DNA of 64,000 nucleotides from a virus, in IMG/VR virus record IMGVR_UViG_3300010376_000004; one strand, written 5' to 3'. Below the pieces are notes generated by a model, which was not told the DNA's origin, made no database searches, and was given only the letters and a program-made list of their open reading frames with translations. Position 1 is the stretch's first letter. Every line of letters begins with the position of its first letter. Below, in pieces: positions 45,927 to 54,551 of this stretch. Position numbers and translations under genes: made by a program.

Positions 45927-46603
45927 GACTTATCGTCATCGCTGGGTTTATGGAACGTATAGTCGAGCTTGATGTCGACGCCGAGTTCTTTCGCCTGTTG
46001 CGCCAATTGGCTGATCAGTTCGGCATCGCTCAGTTTCGAGACATCAGATGCATCCGATGACTTGCCGAAGTTCAAGAATGCGCGCAGCTCCTTATTGGCT
46101 TGATGCTTGGACGCCAATTTCGGCACAAAACGGCCGCGGCCATCCGGCACGAGCTCATCGATCAGCTTGCGGCGGTCTGGTGTGATGTCCTCGAGCAGTT
46201 TCGGCCGCTGCCGCTTGATCTGCTCGCCTTCGATGATCTTGCCTTCATGATCGCGGGCCGGAGCGTCATAGCTCTCGAAATAGTCGCCAATATCGGCCTC
46301 ATGAACGGCCCATAGCTGCTCCTCGATGCGCTGGCGCTTCTCGATGGTTCGCTCTTCAGCCTGCCGGGTGAGATACGCGATACGATCGGCGATGGCTCGG
46401 TTCTTTTCGATCTTCCAGGCCCATTGATAGGCGCTACCAGCAGTGATCGGCTTATTGTCATTGGCTTTGCGATATGCATCGCCCCTTGGCAAAGCTTGCG
46501 CCCGGTAGCGCGCGAAACGCTCGTATTTGGCCACTTTCAGCGGCCTTGAGCCCGGAATGTATTCCACAGGCACCAATTGGTTTTTAGTCATGGCGCAGTT
46601 CAT
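45923..46603 (-). CDS. terS: Probable terminase small subunit
   Basis: ERFARYRAQ...DAYRKA HTH-like N-terminus; C-terminus SKLSDAEL; upstream of terL on the same strand. Confidence 0.55.
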   Translation of the reverse strand: MNCAMTKNQLVPVEYIPGSRPLKVAKYERFARYRAQALPRGDAYRKANDNKPITAGSAYQWAWKIEKNRAIADRIAYLTRQAEERTIEKRQRIEEQLWAVHEADIGDYFESYDAPARDHEGKIIEGEQIKRQRPKLLEDITPDRRKLIDELVPDGRGRFVPKLASKHQANKELRAFLNFGKSSDASDVSKLSDAELISQLAQQAKELGVDIKLDYTFHKPSDDDKS

Positions 46604-46618
46604 AACCTTGATGGGGGC

Positions 46619-46646
46619 TTGACATCGGCTCTGGCTTCGGTACGAT
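46619..46646 (+). promoter_or_regulatory. Putative sigma70-type promoter
   Basis: TTGACA-16 nt-TACGAT, followed by GGAGG and ATG 46671. Confidence 0.5.
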
Positions 46647-46670
46647 CATCCTGTACATCTGGAGGATGCA

Positions 46671-46871
46671 ATGGACGACGATGGCAAACTGATGCTCGAG
46701 CGCATCATCGACAAATTCGGCATCCAGCTCGTGCTGGAAACCGTTTCCGGCATTTGCGGCGCCAAAGCCGAACACATCGCTCACGATTGGCAGGATACAT
46801 CATTGGCCAAACGGTGGGCAACGATAGAAGGCGCGATCGGCGTGGCTTCAACCAAGGCGGGTGGACTGTGA
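46671..46871 (+). CDS. Hypothetical protein
   Basis: GGAGG RBS; LERIIDKFGIQLVLETVSGICGAKAEHI. Confidence 0.65.
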   Translation: MDDDGKLMLERIIDKFGIQLVLETVSGICGAKAEHIAHDWQDTSLAKRWATIEGAIGVASTKAGGL

Positions 46872-47161
46872 GTGGTCGGTTTAATATTGAGTGGTCCGTT
46901 AAATATGCGGGCACTCCTGGCACTAGCGATCCCGGTTACCGTGATTGCCGCGCCGTCGATAGTTCCGGCAACCAATATACTTTTAGCTGCAATCCAGACG
47001 GATCGAATGTTCGTGACGTTAGAATGAAGGGCGGCTATGGCGCGCACACCTGCCGCAAATTGTCAGCCGCGAACCTAGAAAAGCATGACCGACGCGAATT
47101 ACGTGAAAGCGCAATGATTGATTACCTTGAGGCGGAAGCCTGGACAACTAACGGAGAATGA
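46868..47161 (+). CDS. Hypothetical protein (GTG start 46868)
   Basis: GTGA coupling to the upstream gene and ATGA coupling to the downstream gene. Confidence 0.55.
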   Translation: MSGRFNIEWSVKYAGTPGTSDPGYRDCRAVDSSGNQYTFSCNPDGSNVRDVRMKGGYGAHTCRKLSAANLEKHDRRELRESAMIDYLEAEAWTTNGE

Positions 47162-47826
47162 CGATCAACGAAGCGGCGTCTTCGAATGATTCGAACACGG
47201 TCCCCGCCGAAACGTCGCCCGAAAATCAACCCGAAACGACCAAACAAACCGGGCAAACAGACGAAACGCCGGATTCGACGCCGGTCGAATCCGAGCCGAA
47301 AGTCGATCTGCCGCGCTCCGAGCCGAAGCGCAGCGGTAGCGGCGCAAAGTGGAAGCTGGCAAAGCATCCTGAGGCCGACCTCGTCGCCGATGGCATGGGC
47401 GAGAAAGTCGGCCTGATCTGGATCGGCACCCAGTTCTATAAAACTCCGCAGGCATTCGCCGAAGAAGCCAACCGCATGGGCGTGTCGCGGCGCATCCAGG
47501 CGGTGCCCAAGGGTTTCGAATTGGGCAAGCACTATGTCTGGTTCGCTCACCCCCATGTGCGCGAGGTCGAGGTCGAAGTGACCGACCCGGAAACCGGCGA
47601 ACTCAAGACCGAGAAACAATGGCAAGGCGGCGTATTCCGCATTGTCCAGCCGACGCGGATCGAGAAGATCGTCACGCAGACCCAGAGCGAGGACGAAGAT
47701 GAAATGACCAAGCTCGCCGATCGCGGCATCACCGCAGTCGTCGTGCCCGATGATGATAGGGATCACCAAGGTTCGGTCTACGACGATGACGCCAGCGAGC
47801 CTGCGCAGACGGAAATGCGAGTCTAA
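47158..47826 (+). CDS. Conserved phage hypothetical with a low-complexity N-terminus
   Basis: LIWIGTQFYKTPQAFAEEANRMGVSRRI...VWFAHP. Confidence 0.6.
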   Translation: MTINEAASSNDSNTVPAETSPENQPETTKQTGQTDETPDSTPVESEPKVDLPRSEPKRSGSGAKWKLAKHPEADLVADGMGEKVGLIWIGTQFYKTPQAFAEEANRMGVSRRIQAVPKGFELGKHYVWFAHPHVREVEVEVTDPETGELKTEKQWQGGVFRIVQPTRIEKIVTQTQSEDEDEMTKLADRGITAVVVPDDDRDHQGSVYDDDASEPAQTEMRV

Positions 47827-48368
47827 AGCTTGACCGCCCAGTCGTCTTCTGTCATCCAGGGCGGGTTGTAGGTTCCTGTGATACGAGGATCAGAACTTGG
47901 CGCCAGACATAGCTCTGGCGCCTTTTTTTTCACCTGATCGAGTTCCTCGGCCCGCTTGTGCTTTTTCCAGATCTCGTTTTGGCTGGCGATGAAGCGCAGC
48001 AATAATGGTGACGGCAGATCCGGGGAAATATTCTCGATGCTAGGTGGGGGCCAATATCCGAAAATAATCTTAAATTTAATCGCCGCCCAGCCAATTTTAT
48101 ATTTCTTGTTTTCCACAACCCAAAGCAAACCGGCGTAAGTACCTGATTGGGCTTCAATTTGTATTTTGCCGGATTTGTCGGTCCAATCCATCCAGACTTT
48201 GCGCCGATATATTTTCCGCGGAAAATGTGCGTGGCAATTGCTGCAATAATAATTAACCCGTTGCAAAGGGTTCAATATGCGCTGCCGTTTGCAGGCGATG
48301 CAAACCAAGAGGCCCATTACGCCGCCTCTGCAACCCGCTGGGGGGCCAATACCCGTCTGAACCGGCAA
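47823..48368 (-). CDS. Zn-finger plus domain resembling the C-terminal tail of phage SF2 helicases
   Basis: CIAC..CSNC; YAGLLW...KKYKIGWAAIKFKIIFGYWP...FIASQNEIWKK. Confidence 0.5.
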   Translation of the reverse strand: MPVQTGIGPPAGCRGGVMGLLVCIACKRQRILNPLQRVNYYCSNCHAHFPRKIYRRKVWMDWTDKSGKIQIEAQSGTYAGLLWVVENKKYKIGWAAIKFKIIFGYWPPPSIENISPDLPSPLLLRFIASQNEIWKKHKRAEELDQVKKKAPELCLAPSSDPRITGTYNPPWMTEDDWAVKL

Positions 48369-48601
48369 TGCTTGACATCGAGCTCAGCCGCTTTGCCGAT
48401 AATAGCCCGCGCCGCCGGCTGGCTCGCTCCGAGATAGTACATGGCGCAAAGGCGGCCCGCGGGCTCGCCCATTCGTTTTAACTGCCGGCAGGCATCAAGG
48501 AGCGGCTGACGCGAACGCCCCTGTACGGTCGCGCCGGCCATGCCCCCGTAATAGGCGAAGATACCCTTGCCGACCGGCTTAACCACGATGGCGCAGATCA
48601 T
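48317..48601 (-). CDS. Hypothetical protein
   Basis: GRSRQPLLDACRQLKRMG; ATGA coupling. Confidence 0.55.
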   Translation of the reverse strand: MICAIVVKPVGKGIFAYYGGMAGATVQGRSRQPLLDACRQLKRMGEPAGRLCAMYYLGASQPAARAIIGKAAELDVKHCRFRRVLAPQRVAEAA

Positions 48602-49557
48602 TCGGCCGCCTCGATCAGGTCACCGGTCATGAACAGATCGGTAAAGTCTGGCCGCAACTGACGCTGATGCATTTCGCCAAATGGTGGATGTGATAATGCC
48701 CGGACAATGTCGTAGAACTGTTCAGGCTTTTCAGAATGCTCGCCTCGTGACGCAGCAAAATAGTTCGGTAGATCATTACGCCGTACCGGGAGATCGCCAA
48801 GACTACAGAATAAGATGTGCTCAGTGGCGTTACGGAAATACTGACCCTGACCAAAGCTTGGTTTTATCCAAGTCACAATATCCCGCAGCTCAAAGCCCCA
48901 ATACCGCACCAATTCAATAGCTTTGAAAATGTAAGCATTAGTCGTCCAACACCATAAATGACAATTCGGCTCTGCCCATTGCAGCATGTTCAATGCATAA
49001 AGCTCTTCCATGCTTTGCCGGGCATAGCCACACTTCGCATTTACCTGCTTTGAGTATTTTTCGTATTCCCAGGCTGGATCGACAATTAACGCTCGGTATT
49101 TTCCTGGACGCGGGACCAATTTCGCAATACGCTTGCGATCGGTTTCCACCTTTTCCAAATTGATGATGGTTTTAATTTCATTTCGCCGCAGAGCCGGCGA
49201 AATGGTCTTATCGGCTACATAACGCTTGAGCTTTTCATCATCCAAACTAGTAAGCTGCAAAATGGTATTGTAGTCGGGAGGAAGGCAGTCAACCAAATTG
49301 CAGTCATTGAAAAGCTTTTGCTTATTATTTGTCCACTTTACCATCCGCATGCAACCTTGAGCGGTATGGCGGGAAAAATTTAGGCCATCCAAAAAAGTCA
49401 ACCATTCGCCATGTGGTATCTGTGCTTTAGCCTCTATTAAGTCCTCGCCAAACGCGATGAAGCCTTGAACTACATTATCTACAATTTCCTGCCACTTCTC
49501 CTTTAACCGTATGCCCCATTGCTCGACAGTCAAAGCCTCTGCCGCCACAGCCATCAT
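48598..49557 (-). CDS. MT-A70-family adenine methyltransferase with DUF3102-like N-terminus (start moved to ATG 49557)
   Basis: GEDLIEAKAQIPHGEW; KYRALIVDPAW, HLWCWTT, WGFE...TWIK, GQYFRNATEHILF, HSEKPE. Confidence 0.85.
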   Translation of the reverse strand: MMAVAAEALTVEQWGIRLKEKWQEIVDNVVQGFIAFGEDLIEAKAQIPHGEWLTFLDGLNFSRHTAQGCMRMVKWTNNKQKLFNDCNLVDCLPPDYNTILQLTSLDDEKLKRYVADKTISPALRRNEIKTIINLEKVETDRKRIAKLVPRPGKYRALIVDPAWEYEKYSKQVNAKCGYARQSMEELYALNMLQWAEPNCHLWCWTTNAYIFKAIELVRYWGFELRDIVTWIKPSFGQGQYFRNATEHILFCSLGDLPVRRNDLPNYFAASRGEHSEKPEQFYDIVRALSHPPFGEMHQRQLRPDFTDLFMTGDLIEAAE

Positions 49558-49645
49558 GGCCACACCCCAAAATGTTTCATGGATTGCGTTGGGCGATGAG
49601 TGTAACTGATTCGCTAACGTCGTGTATGACACTTTAGTTACTACA

Positions 49646-50764
49646 ATGAAGATCGCTTTTCTTGCCCACAAGCTTTTCGATCAGCGCGCCGGCGCAGCGC
49701 TTTGCACGGCATTCCGCGATCTCGGCCATCACGCTGCCGTTGTGGACAGATGCGAACAAAACTTTGACGTCGTCATCGAAGCGTGCCACGCGCGATCGGA
49801 AGCCACCCCCAAGGATGCCGTGCACATCGCGTGGGTGCAGGAATATTATGCTGGCGGCAGCGATCCGGACTACGATGACTGCTTCGATCGCGATCTGATC
49901 TATACGTTCGGCAAACCGGAGATCATTAGCTGTCCGCGGTTCAAGCATTGGCGCGGAAGCTTGTGCATGGCGGTCGAGCCGCAATTGCTGGACCGGCCAA
50001 TGGTCGAGCCTACTCTGGACTTCTCGATCGCCGGCTTTATTGGTGCCCCCGCATGGTTCAAAAAGCAGTCAGAACTGCCGGCAAAGCTGGAACCCGGCCA
50101 TGGCTATAACATCATGGCCGAGCTGATGGACCTGATCGTAAGAGAAACGCGGGTCAAGCCGTTAACCGGCTCATTCGATCAAGCCGCGGAGTTTGCCTAT
50201 TTCAAGGATATCCTGGCCAAATACCTCAACGACAGCTGGTTTGTGCCGCCGAAGGTACGGCCGAGCCTCTATGGCGTGGCGGCCCAGAATATCCATGAAA
50301 CCGCACGAACGCTGAACCGCTATACCGTCGCCAAGCTGATCCTGCAGGTATCGAAGAACATCGAGTTTCGCGGCTTGCATTGGGACTGCTGGCCAGAGTT
50401 GGCAGACTACGCCAAGCCATTCACCGATGACCGTGAAGGCTTATTCGATCTCTACCAGCGCAGCCGCATCAATGTTCATGACAACATTTTCGGCTTCGCC
50501 ATGCACTCCCGCGTATTGGAGGCAATGGCGGTCGGCGGCTTCATCATGGCCAATGAAAGCCCGCATTACGGTGCCGCCGGCCAAATGACCGAAACATTCG
50601 AACCCGGCATCCATTTTGGTCAATACAACGCCCAAACCTTCGTGCCGGAAGCTCAGTATTGGCTCAAGGCCGACCGGTCAAAACCGGTCGCCAAAGCCAG
50701 AAAGATCATTGCCACACGGCATCTATGGAAACACCGCGCCGAACAGATCCTTGGCGATCTTTAA
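49646..50764 (+). CDS. GT-B glycosyltransferase (CgeB / Glyco_trans_1_2-like; start moved to ATG 49646)
   Basis: LYQRSRINVH...HSRVLEAMAVGGFIM...FEPGIHF. Confidence 0.75.
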   Translation: MKIAFLAHKLFDQRAGAALCTAFRDLGHHAAVVDRCEQNFDVVIEACHARSEATPKDAVHIAWVQEYYAGGSDPDYDDCFDRDLIYTFGKPEIISCPRFKHWRGSLCMAVEPQLLDRPMVEPTLDFSIAGFIGAPAWFKKQSELPAKLEPGHGYNIMAELMDLIVRETRVKPLTGSFDQAAEFAYFKDILAKYLNDSWFVPPKVRPSLYGVAAQNIHETARTLNRYTVAKLILQVSKNIEFRGLHWDCWPELADYAKPFTDDREGLFDLYQRSRINVHDNIFGFAMHSRVLEAMAVGGFIMANESPHYGAAGQMTETFEPGIHFGQYNAQTFVPEAQYWLKADRSKPVAKARKIIATRHLWKHRAEQILGDL

Positions 50765-51027
50765 AAAGGGATCTCGTCATTGTACGGCGGTTTGCCATCA
50801 TTACCGCCTACCACCCTGAGACCCGGCTTTGATGACGCCTGCTTTTCCTTGCGCTTGAACGAGAACGACATCCACTTGGTGCCTTTGGCTGACTCCTTAA
50901 GCCATCCGTTCATCCAATAGTCCACGCCATCGATCCTAGCCTCGCCGCGATAATCCGCGTGCGCCTCTTCCTCTTTGCGGTCATTCCGAAACAGCGAACC
51001 AGTATTGTCGCGGGTTTCCCAAGGCAT
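50761..51027 (-). CDS. Conserved small phage protein, putative ssDNA-binding
   Basis: DNTGSLFRNDRK...DYRG...IDGVDYWMNGW...KWMSFSFK; acidic tip YNDEIPF as in SSBs. Confidence 0.65.
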   Translation of the reverse strand: MPWETRDNTGSLFRNDRKEEEAHADYRGEARIDGVDYWMNGWLKESAKGTKWMSFSFKRKEKQASSKPGLRVVGGNDGKPPYNDEIPF

Positions 51028-51286
51028 GTCCCACCTTTTTCAAAATTCACGCCGGGTAAGGAGTAAACTTCTAATCTTTACCACTCCATCCTCTCCTCTG
51101 AGCTAGCTTTACCTCTGAGAGAGAGATCTCTTCTTCTCGGTGACTCTCTTCGAGTCTGTTACAGCGGTGAAGCGAAGTAAGGACTCTGAGCAAGCCTCTC
51201 TAGTAAGAAGACTTGCAAAAAGCGCAATAATCCGCTATTTCGTAAATCGCAATCGCGATTCACGACAACATACCCACCCTGCTTCG

Positions 51287-51321
51287 AAGCGCCGCCTACT
51301 CACGGCGGCGCTTTCCTTTTT
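51287..51321 (+). terminator. Putative intrinsic terminator
   Basis: AAGCGCCGCC-tactcac-GGCGGCGCTT stem followed by TCCTTTTT. Confidence 0.5.
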
Positions 51322-51342
51322 GAACTTGAGTCGCGGAAAAGT

Positions 51343-51750
51343 CTAGTCGGAATTTAATTCTTCAACTTCTATCCTCAACAATGGTGTTGCTGCGTAAGCT
51401 TTGACGATGCGAACATCGGCGAGCTGTGCATCATCGACCCAGACGATGCCGTTTAACCCGTCCACCATTTTCAAAATATTATCGGCATCCGGTTTTCCCG
51501 GCCGGTCCAGCGCGATCAATGCGCGGCGATACTGCTCTTTACTGAAGCTTTTCGGGATCTCGAAAAATGCACTGACCGTGACGCGCAATGGGCCAGTAAA
51601 CACATCGGCGCCCTTCATAGAGATCGCGCCTTGCCAAGCTAGGCTGCGTTCATAAGCCGTGGTTTGTGCGTCGGTGTAGATGTGGCCATGACCAAAGCGC
51701 GGCCGGCCCTTGCCGCGGGGCTGACCCGGCAGTTCAATGACAACTTTCAA
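51343..51750 (-). CDS. rusA: RusA-family Holliday junction resolvase
   Basis: GQPRGKGRPRF...KPDADNILK..DGLNGIVWVDDAQ. Confidence 0.9.
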   Translation of the reverse strand: MKVVIELPGQPRGKGRPRFGHGHIYTDAQTTAYERSLAWQGAISMKGADVFTGPLRVTVSAFFEIPKSFSKEQYRRALIALDRPGKPDADNILKMVDGLNGIVWVDDAQLADVRIVKAYAATPLLRIEVEELNSD

Positions 51751-51937
51751 CGGTCAGACCGACAGAATGCGCGGCCTCGTCGTCGGCGCGGATCGCCTCG
51801 ATCAACTCAGCCAACAATGTAGCCTGACCGGGGGCTTGATGTCCGGTTATAGTCTCGATGCTCGCTTGGACAGTCTCTAGCCATGCCAGCGTGTCTGGCC
51901 CAAGGGTAATTGCAATGCGCTTCTTTCGCATTTCCAT
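51734..51937 (-). CDS. Small DNA-binding-like protein (start moved to ATG 51937)
   Basis: GGAGG RBS; KRIAITLGPDTLAWL, ribbon-helix-helix-like. Confidence 0.45.
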   Translation of the reverse strand: MEMRKKRIAITLGPDTLAWLETVQASIETITGHQAPGQATLLAELIEAIRADDEAAHSVGLTVESCH

Positions 51938-51961
51938 GTCAACCTCCACCCATTTATCCGG

Positions 51962-52261
51962 TTAACGCGACTTATGACGCTTTAAATTGGTTACGTGACG
52001 TCCCTGCGATAGGTTTTCTTTAGTGAAATATATAGGTTGCAAATCCGGCCATGGCTCACCTCTGGGCCATTTAGCCGCGAACTTCGCCAACATCTCGCCG
52101 AACCGCTCGACCGATATCGATCGATCCCGGTTAGCCAAGTCCCTGAAGAAAATGCCGTTGCCATAAAACTGAGCTGATACTTTGGTGAGCGAATCGCCTG
52201 TGGCTCGAGCATAAGCGTCGGCCAAGGTTAGCGCATTCTTGCGACTCACTTCTGCGAACAT
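51962..52261 (-). CDS. Cro-like HTH regulator of alphaproteobacterial phages
   Basis: LADAYARATGDSLTKVSAQFYGNG...SISVERF...FAAKWP. Confidence 0.6.
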   Translation of the reverse strand: MFAEVSRKNALTLADAYARATGDSLTKVSAQFYGNGIFFRDLANRDRSISVERFGEMLAKFAAKWPRGEPWPDLQPIYFTKENLSQGRHVTNLKRHKSR

Positions 52262-52431
52262 ATTGACCCCCTTACACTATCCACAGGTAGAAAGCTACCC
52301 ATTGACATGTGCGGTATAAATATCCTATGGGGATAAGTCTGACAAGGGTGGGATATGAACGGTCTAGCGATCATTCTAACCATTTACGCGATCGGCTTCG
52401 TCCTAGTCGGTGCCTGCGCTGTGGGGCTGCG

Positions 52432-52638
52432 ATGAGCCGCGCCAGCTACACCGCCGAACAGCGCGCCAAGAAGGCCGCGCGCATTGCCCATCTGCTCGCC
52501 CGTCATTGCAGTTATTGTAACGCCAAAGCCGGCGAGTTCTGCCGCACCAATAGCAACCTGGAAATACTAGCGATCGGGCAGATGCACGAGGCGCGCTTGC
52601 TCTCGCCGCACGTTCGGCGCCGCAGGGGGTATCCATGA
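52432..52638 (+). CDS. Small Zn-finger protein (start moved to ATG 52432)
   Basis: CSYCNAKAGEFC...HEAR. Confidence 0.55.
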   Translation: MSRASYTAEQRAKKAARIAHLLARHCSYCNAKAGEFCRTNSNLEILAIGQMHEARLLSPHVRRRRGYP

Positions 52639-52736
52639 GGATCGAGATCCAATGGCATTGGCAGAAATGGCGTTTGGGGTGGAAAGGCCTCAATTGCTAC
52701 CGCTTTGGCCCAATGCGCGTGTTCTGGTGGGACTGA
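52635..52736 (+). CDS. 33-aa Trp-rich micro-ORF
   Basis: ATGA coupling; MRIEIQWHWQKWRLGWKGLNCYRFGPMRVFWWD. Confidence 0.4.
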   Translation: MRIEIQWHWQKWRLGWKGLNCYRFGPMRVFWWD

Positions 52737-52821
52737 CATGGGACCGCTTATCAGACGCCTGATCGCTTTAACCCATCCCCGCGCCAGCGGGGTTGCGCCG
52801 GACAGAACCGCAACCGGCGCC

Positions 52822-52860
52822 GCCGGGAGGGACCGCAGATCATCCCTCCCGGCACTTTCT
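52822..52860 (+). terminator. GC-rich hairpin; possible terminator or RNA-stability element
   Basis: Perfect 11-bp stem GCCGGGAGGGA/TCCCTCCCGGC with only a weak U-tract (ACTTTCT). Confidence 0.4.
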
Positions 52861-52881
52861 CAACCAAGAGGGTGGACAACC

Positions 52882-53367
52882 ATGACTGACGATATCGAAC
52901 TACCGGTCGAGGCAAACCTACCGACACCGGAACATGACCCTGCGAAAGAGGCTGCGATGCAAGCCGCATTCTTTCATCAGCAGGCGATAGACGAACGTAA
53001 ACGCATCATGGATGCGTTGCATCAGGCCACTAAGGCTCTGGAGCAGAAAAATTTCCAGATCGAGCAGCTCAATTTGGCTCTCGCAGAACGGCAGAACCGC
53101 CATGACAGCCTGCAGAATTCCTACAACGAACTTATCCAAGACAAAGCCGATCTCGAGGCCATCTTGGACAACCACCAGCGTGATCTGGAGAATATGGCTG
53201 CTAAGCTGTCGCGCTTTGAATTCAGCCGCGTTCGCCGCGTTAATAAGCGTAAACGCGGCAATGGCGATGCCATGCCTGACCCAGTCGGAAGCAAGGGCGA
53301 AGTGGCCGAACAGCCACCTGTATTGGCACACGGAAGCACGGTGCTGGACCAACCGGCCGAAGGCTGA
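52882..53367 (+). CDS. Coiled-coil protein (start moved to ATG 52882)
   Basis: Heptad-rich; purine-rich RBS upstream. Confidence 0.6.
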   Translation: MTDDIELPVEANLPTPEHDPAKEAAMQAAFFHQQAIDERKRIMDALHQATKALEQKNFQIEQLNLALAERQNRHDSLQNSYNELIQDKADLEAILDNHQRDLENMAAKLSRFEFSRVRRVNKRKRGNGDAMPDPVGSKGEVAEQPPVLAHGSTVLDQPAEG

Positions 53368-53662
53368 TGGTCCATTCGACGACAGGCCAAAAATGAAGAT
53401 CAAGCTTCCCCCTCCTACTCCCAACAATGTAGCTACGGGGGAGCCGCGGCCGGCCACTGACCTGGAAAGGGTGGGAACCGGTGGACCGGCCGCGGAGCTT
53501 TACTTTCCCGAGCTAAAACCGGGAGAAACTTTGGCTGCTGCCCCAGTGTTCTGGCCGATGCCGATCGCGTGGCTAAACCCGCTGTCGATGGTGTATTGGC
53601 CGGTCATATTGGACGTCGATCAAAGGCCATTTGTGGTGTGGACGAAACGGGTGGGACAATGA
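53261..53662 (+). CDS. Hypothetical protein overlapping the upstream gene (start uncertain)
   Basis: CLTQSEARAKWPNSHLYWHTEARCW. Confidence 0.45.
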   Translation: MAMPCLTQSEARAKWPNSHLYWHTEARCWTNRPKADGPFDDRPKMKIKLPPPTPNNVATGEPRPATDLERVGTGGPAAELYFPELKPGETLAAAPVFWPMPIAWLNPLSMVYWPVILDVDQRPFVVWTKRVGQ

Positions 53663-53711
53663 AAACTGATCTGGACGCAATCGATAAAATCAAGGCGGAG
53701 ATGGGTGGACA

Positions 53712-54551
53712 ATGACAACCAAGACTAACCCGGAAGTTCAGCTTCCGCCATTGCCGCAGCAAGCGCATACGGCGGTGCCAAGCGATATGCCGGTATCGCA
53801 GCAGCAAGCCATCACTCCGATGGACATGCTGTCACGCGCCATCGAGCATGGCTCTTCCGTCGAGGTGATGGAACGGCTGCTGGCATTGCAGGAACGCTGG
53901 CAAGCCAACCAGGACGCTCGCGAGGACGTTTGGCAGAAGCAGGAAGCCAAGATCCAGTTCACGCAAGCACTGATCGCTGCCAAAAGACAACTGCCGATTA
54001 TCGTCAAGAACCGTGAAGCAAGCTTTGCGACCGAAAAAGGCCGCACCTCTTATCAATATGAAGACCTTGCCACGATCGCCAAGGTCATTGATCCGATCCT
54101 GGGTCAGCATGGCCTGACGTATTTCTTTGAAACCAGCCAGACGCCGGATGAGATGATCGTGACGTGTGTCCTAGCCCATGAGCTAGGCCATGAGGTGCGC
54201 AATACGCTGCGCGGGCCAGTGGACAAGACCGGGTCCAAAAACCCGATCCAGGCAATGGGATCATCAGTCACCTACCTGCAGCGATACACGCTAAAGGCCG
54301 CATTAGGCGTTGCCGCGGCACGCGACGACGACGGTCACGGCGGTAATGGCAACGGCAATGGCGGCAGGATCACGCCAGAGCAGGTCGAACTCCTCAAGAT
54401 CGCAATCGATGCCGCGGACGTTGGCACCGAAAGTTGGATACTCAACAACGTCAGCAAACTTACCAAGAGAGAAATAACGAGGCTGGAAGATATCCCGGCG
54501 AAGTATGTCATCCGCTCGTTCGACGCGGTAAGGAAAAGGAAAAACAGATGA
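53712..54551 (+). CDS. erf: ERF-family single-strand annealing protein
   Basis: SYQYEDLATI...ILGQHGL...QAMGSSVTYLQRYTLKAALGV...DDDG. Confidence 0.9.
   Translation: MTTKTNPEVQLPPLPQQAHTAVPSDMPVSQQQAITPMDMLSRAIEHGSSVEVMERLLALQERWQANQDAREDVWQKQEAKIQFTQALIAAKRQLPIIVKNREASFATEKGRTSYQYEDLATIAKVIDPILGQHGLTYFFETSQTPDEMIVTCVLAHELGHEVRNTLRGPVDKTGSKNPIQAMGSSVTYLQRYTLKAALGVAAARDDDGHGGNGNGNGGRITPEQVELLKIAIDAADVGTESWILNNVSKLTKREITRLEDIPAKYVIRSFDAVRKRKNR

Noticed and set aside
52262-52431. Lambda-type lysogeny switch
   Set aside because: A Cro-like gene and divergent layout are present, but no CI/S24 repressor or integrase was recognised in the window, so lifestyle cannot be called
53110-53118. Match to spacer B of unit 5 (CTGCAGAAT)
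   Set aside because: The adjacent 9 nt do not match spacer A; a single 9-mer hit is expected by chance in 64 kb
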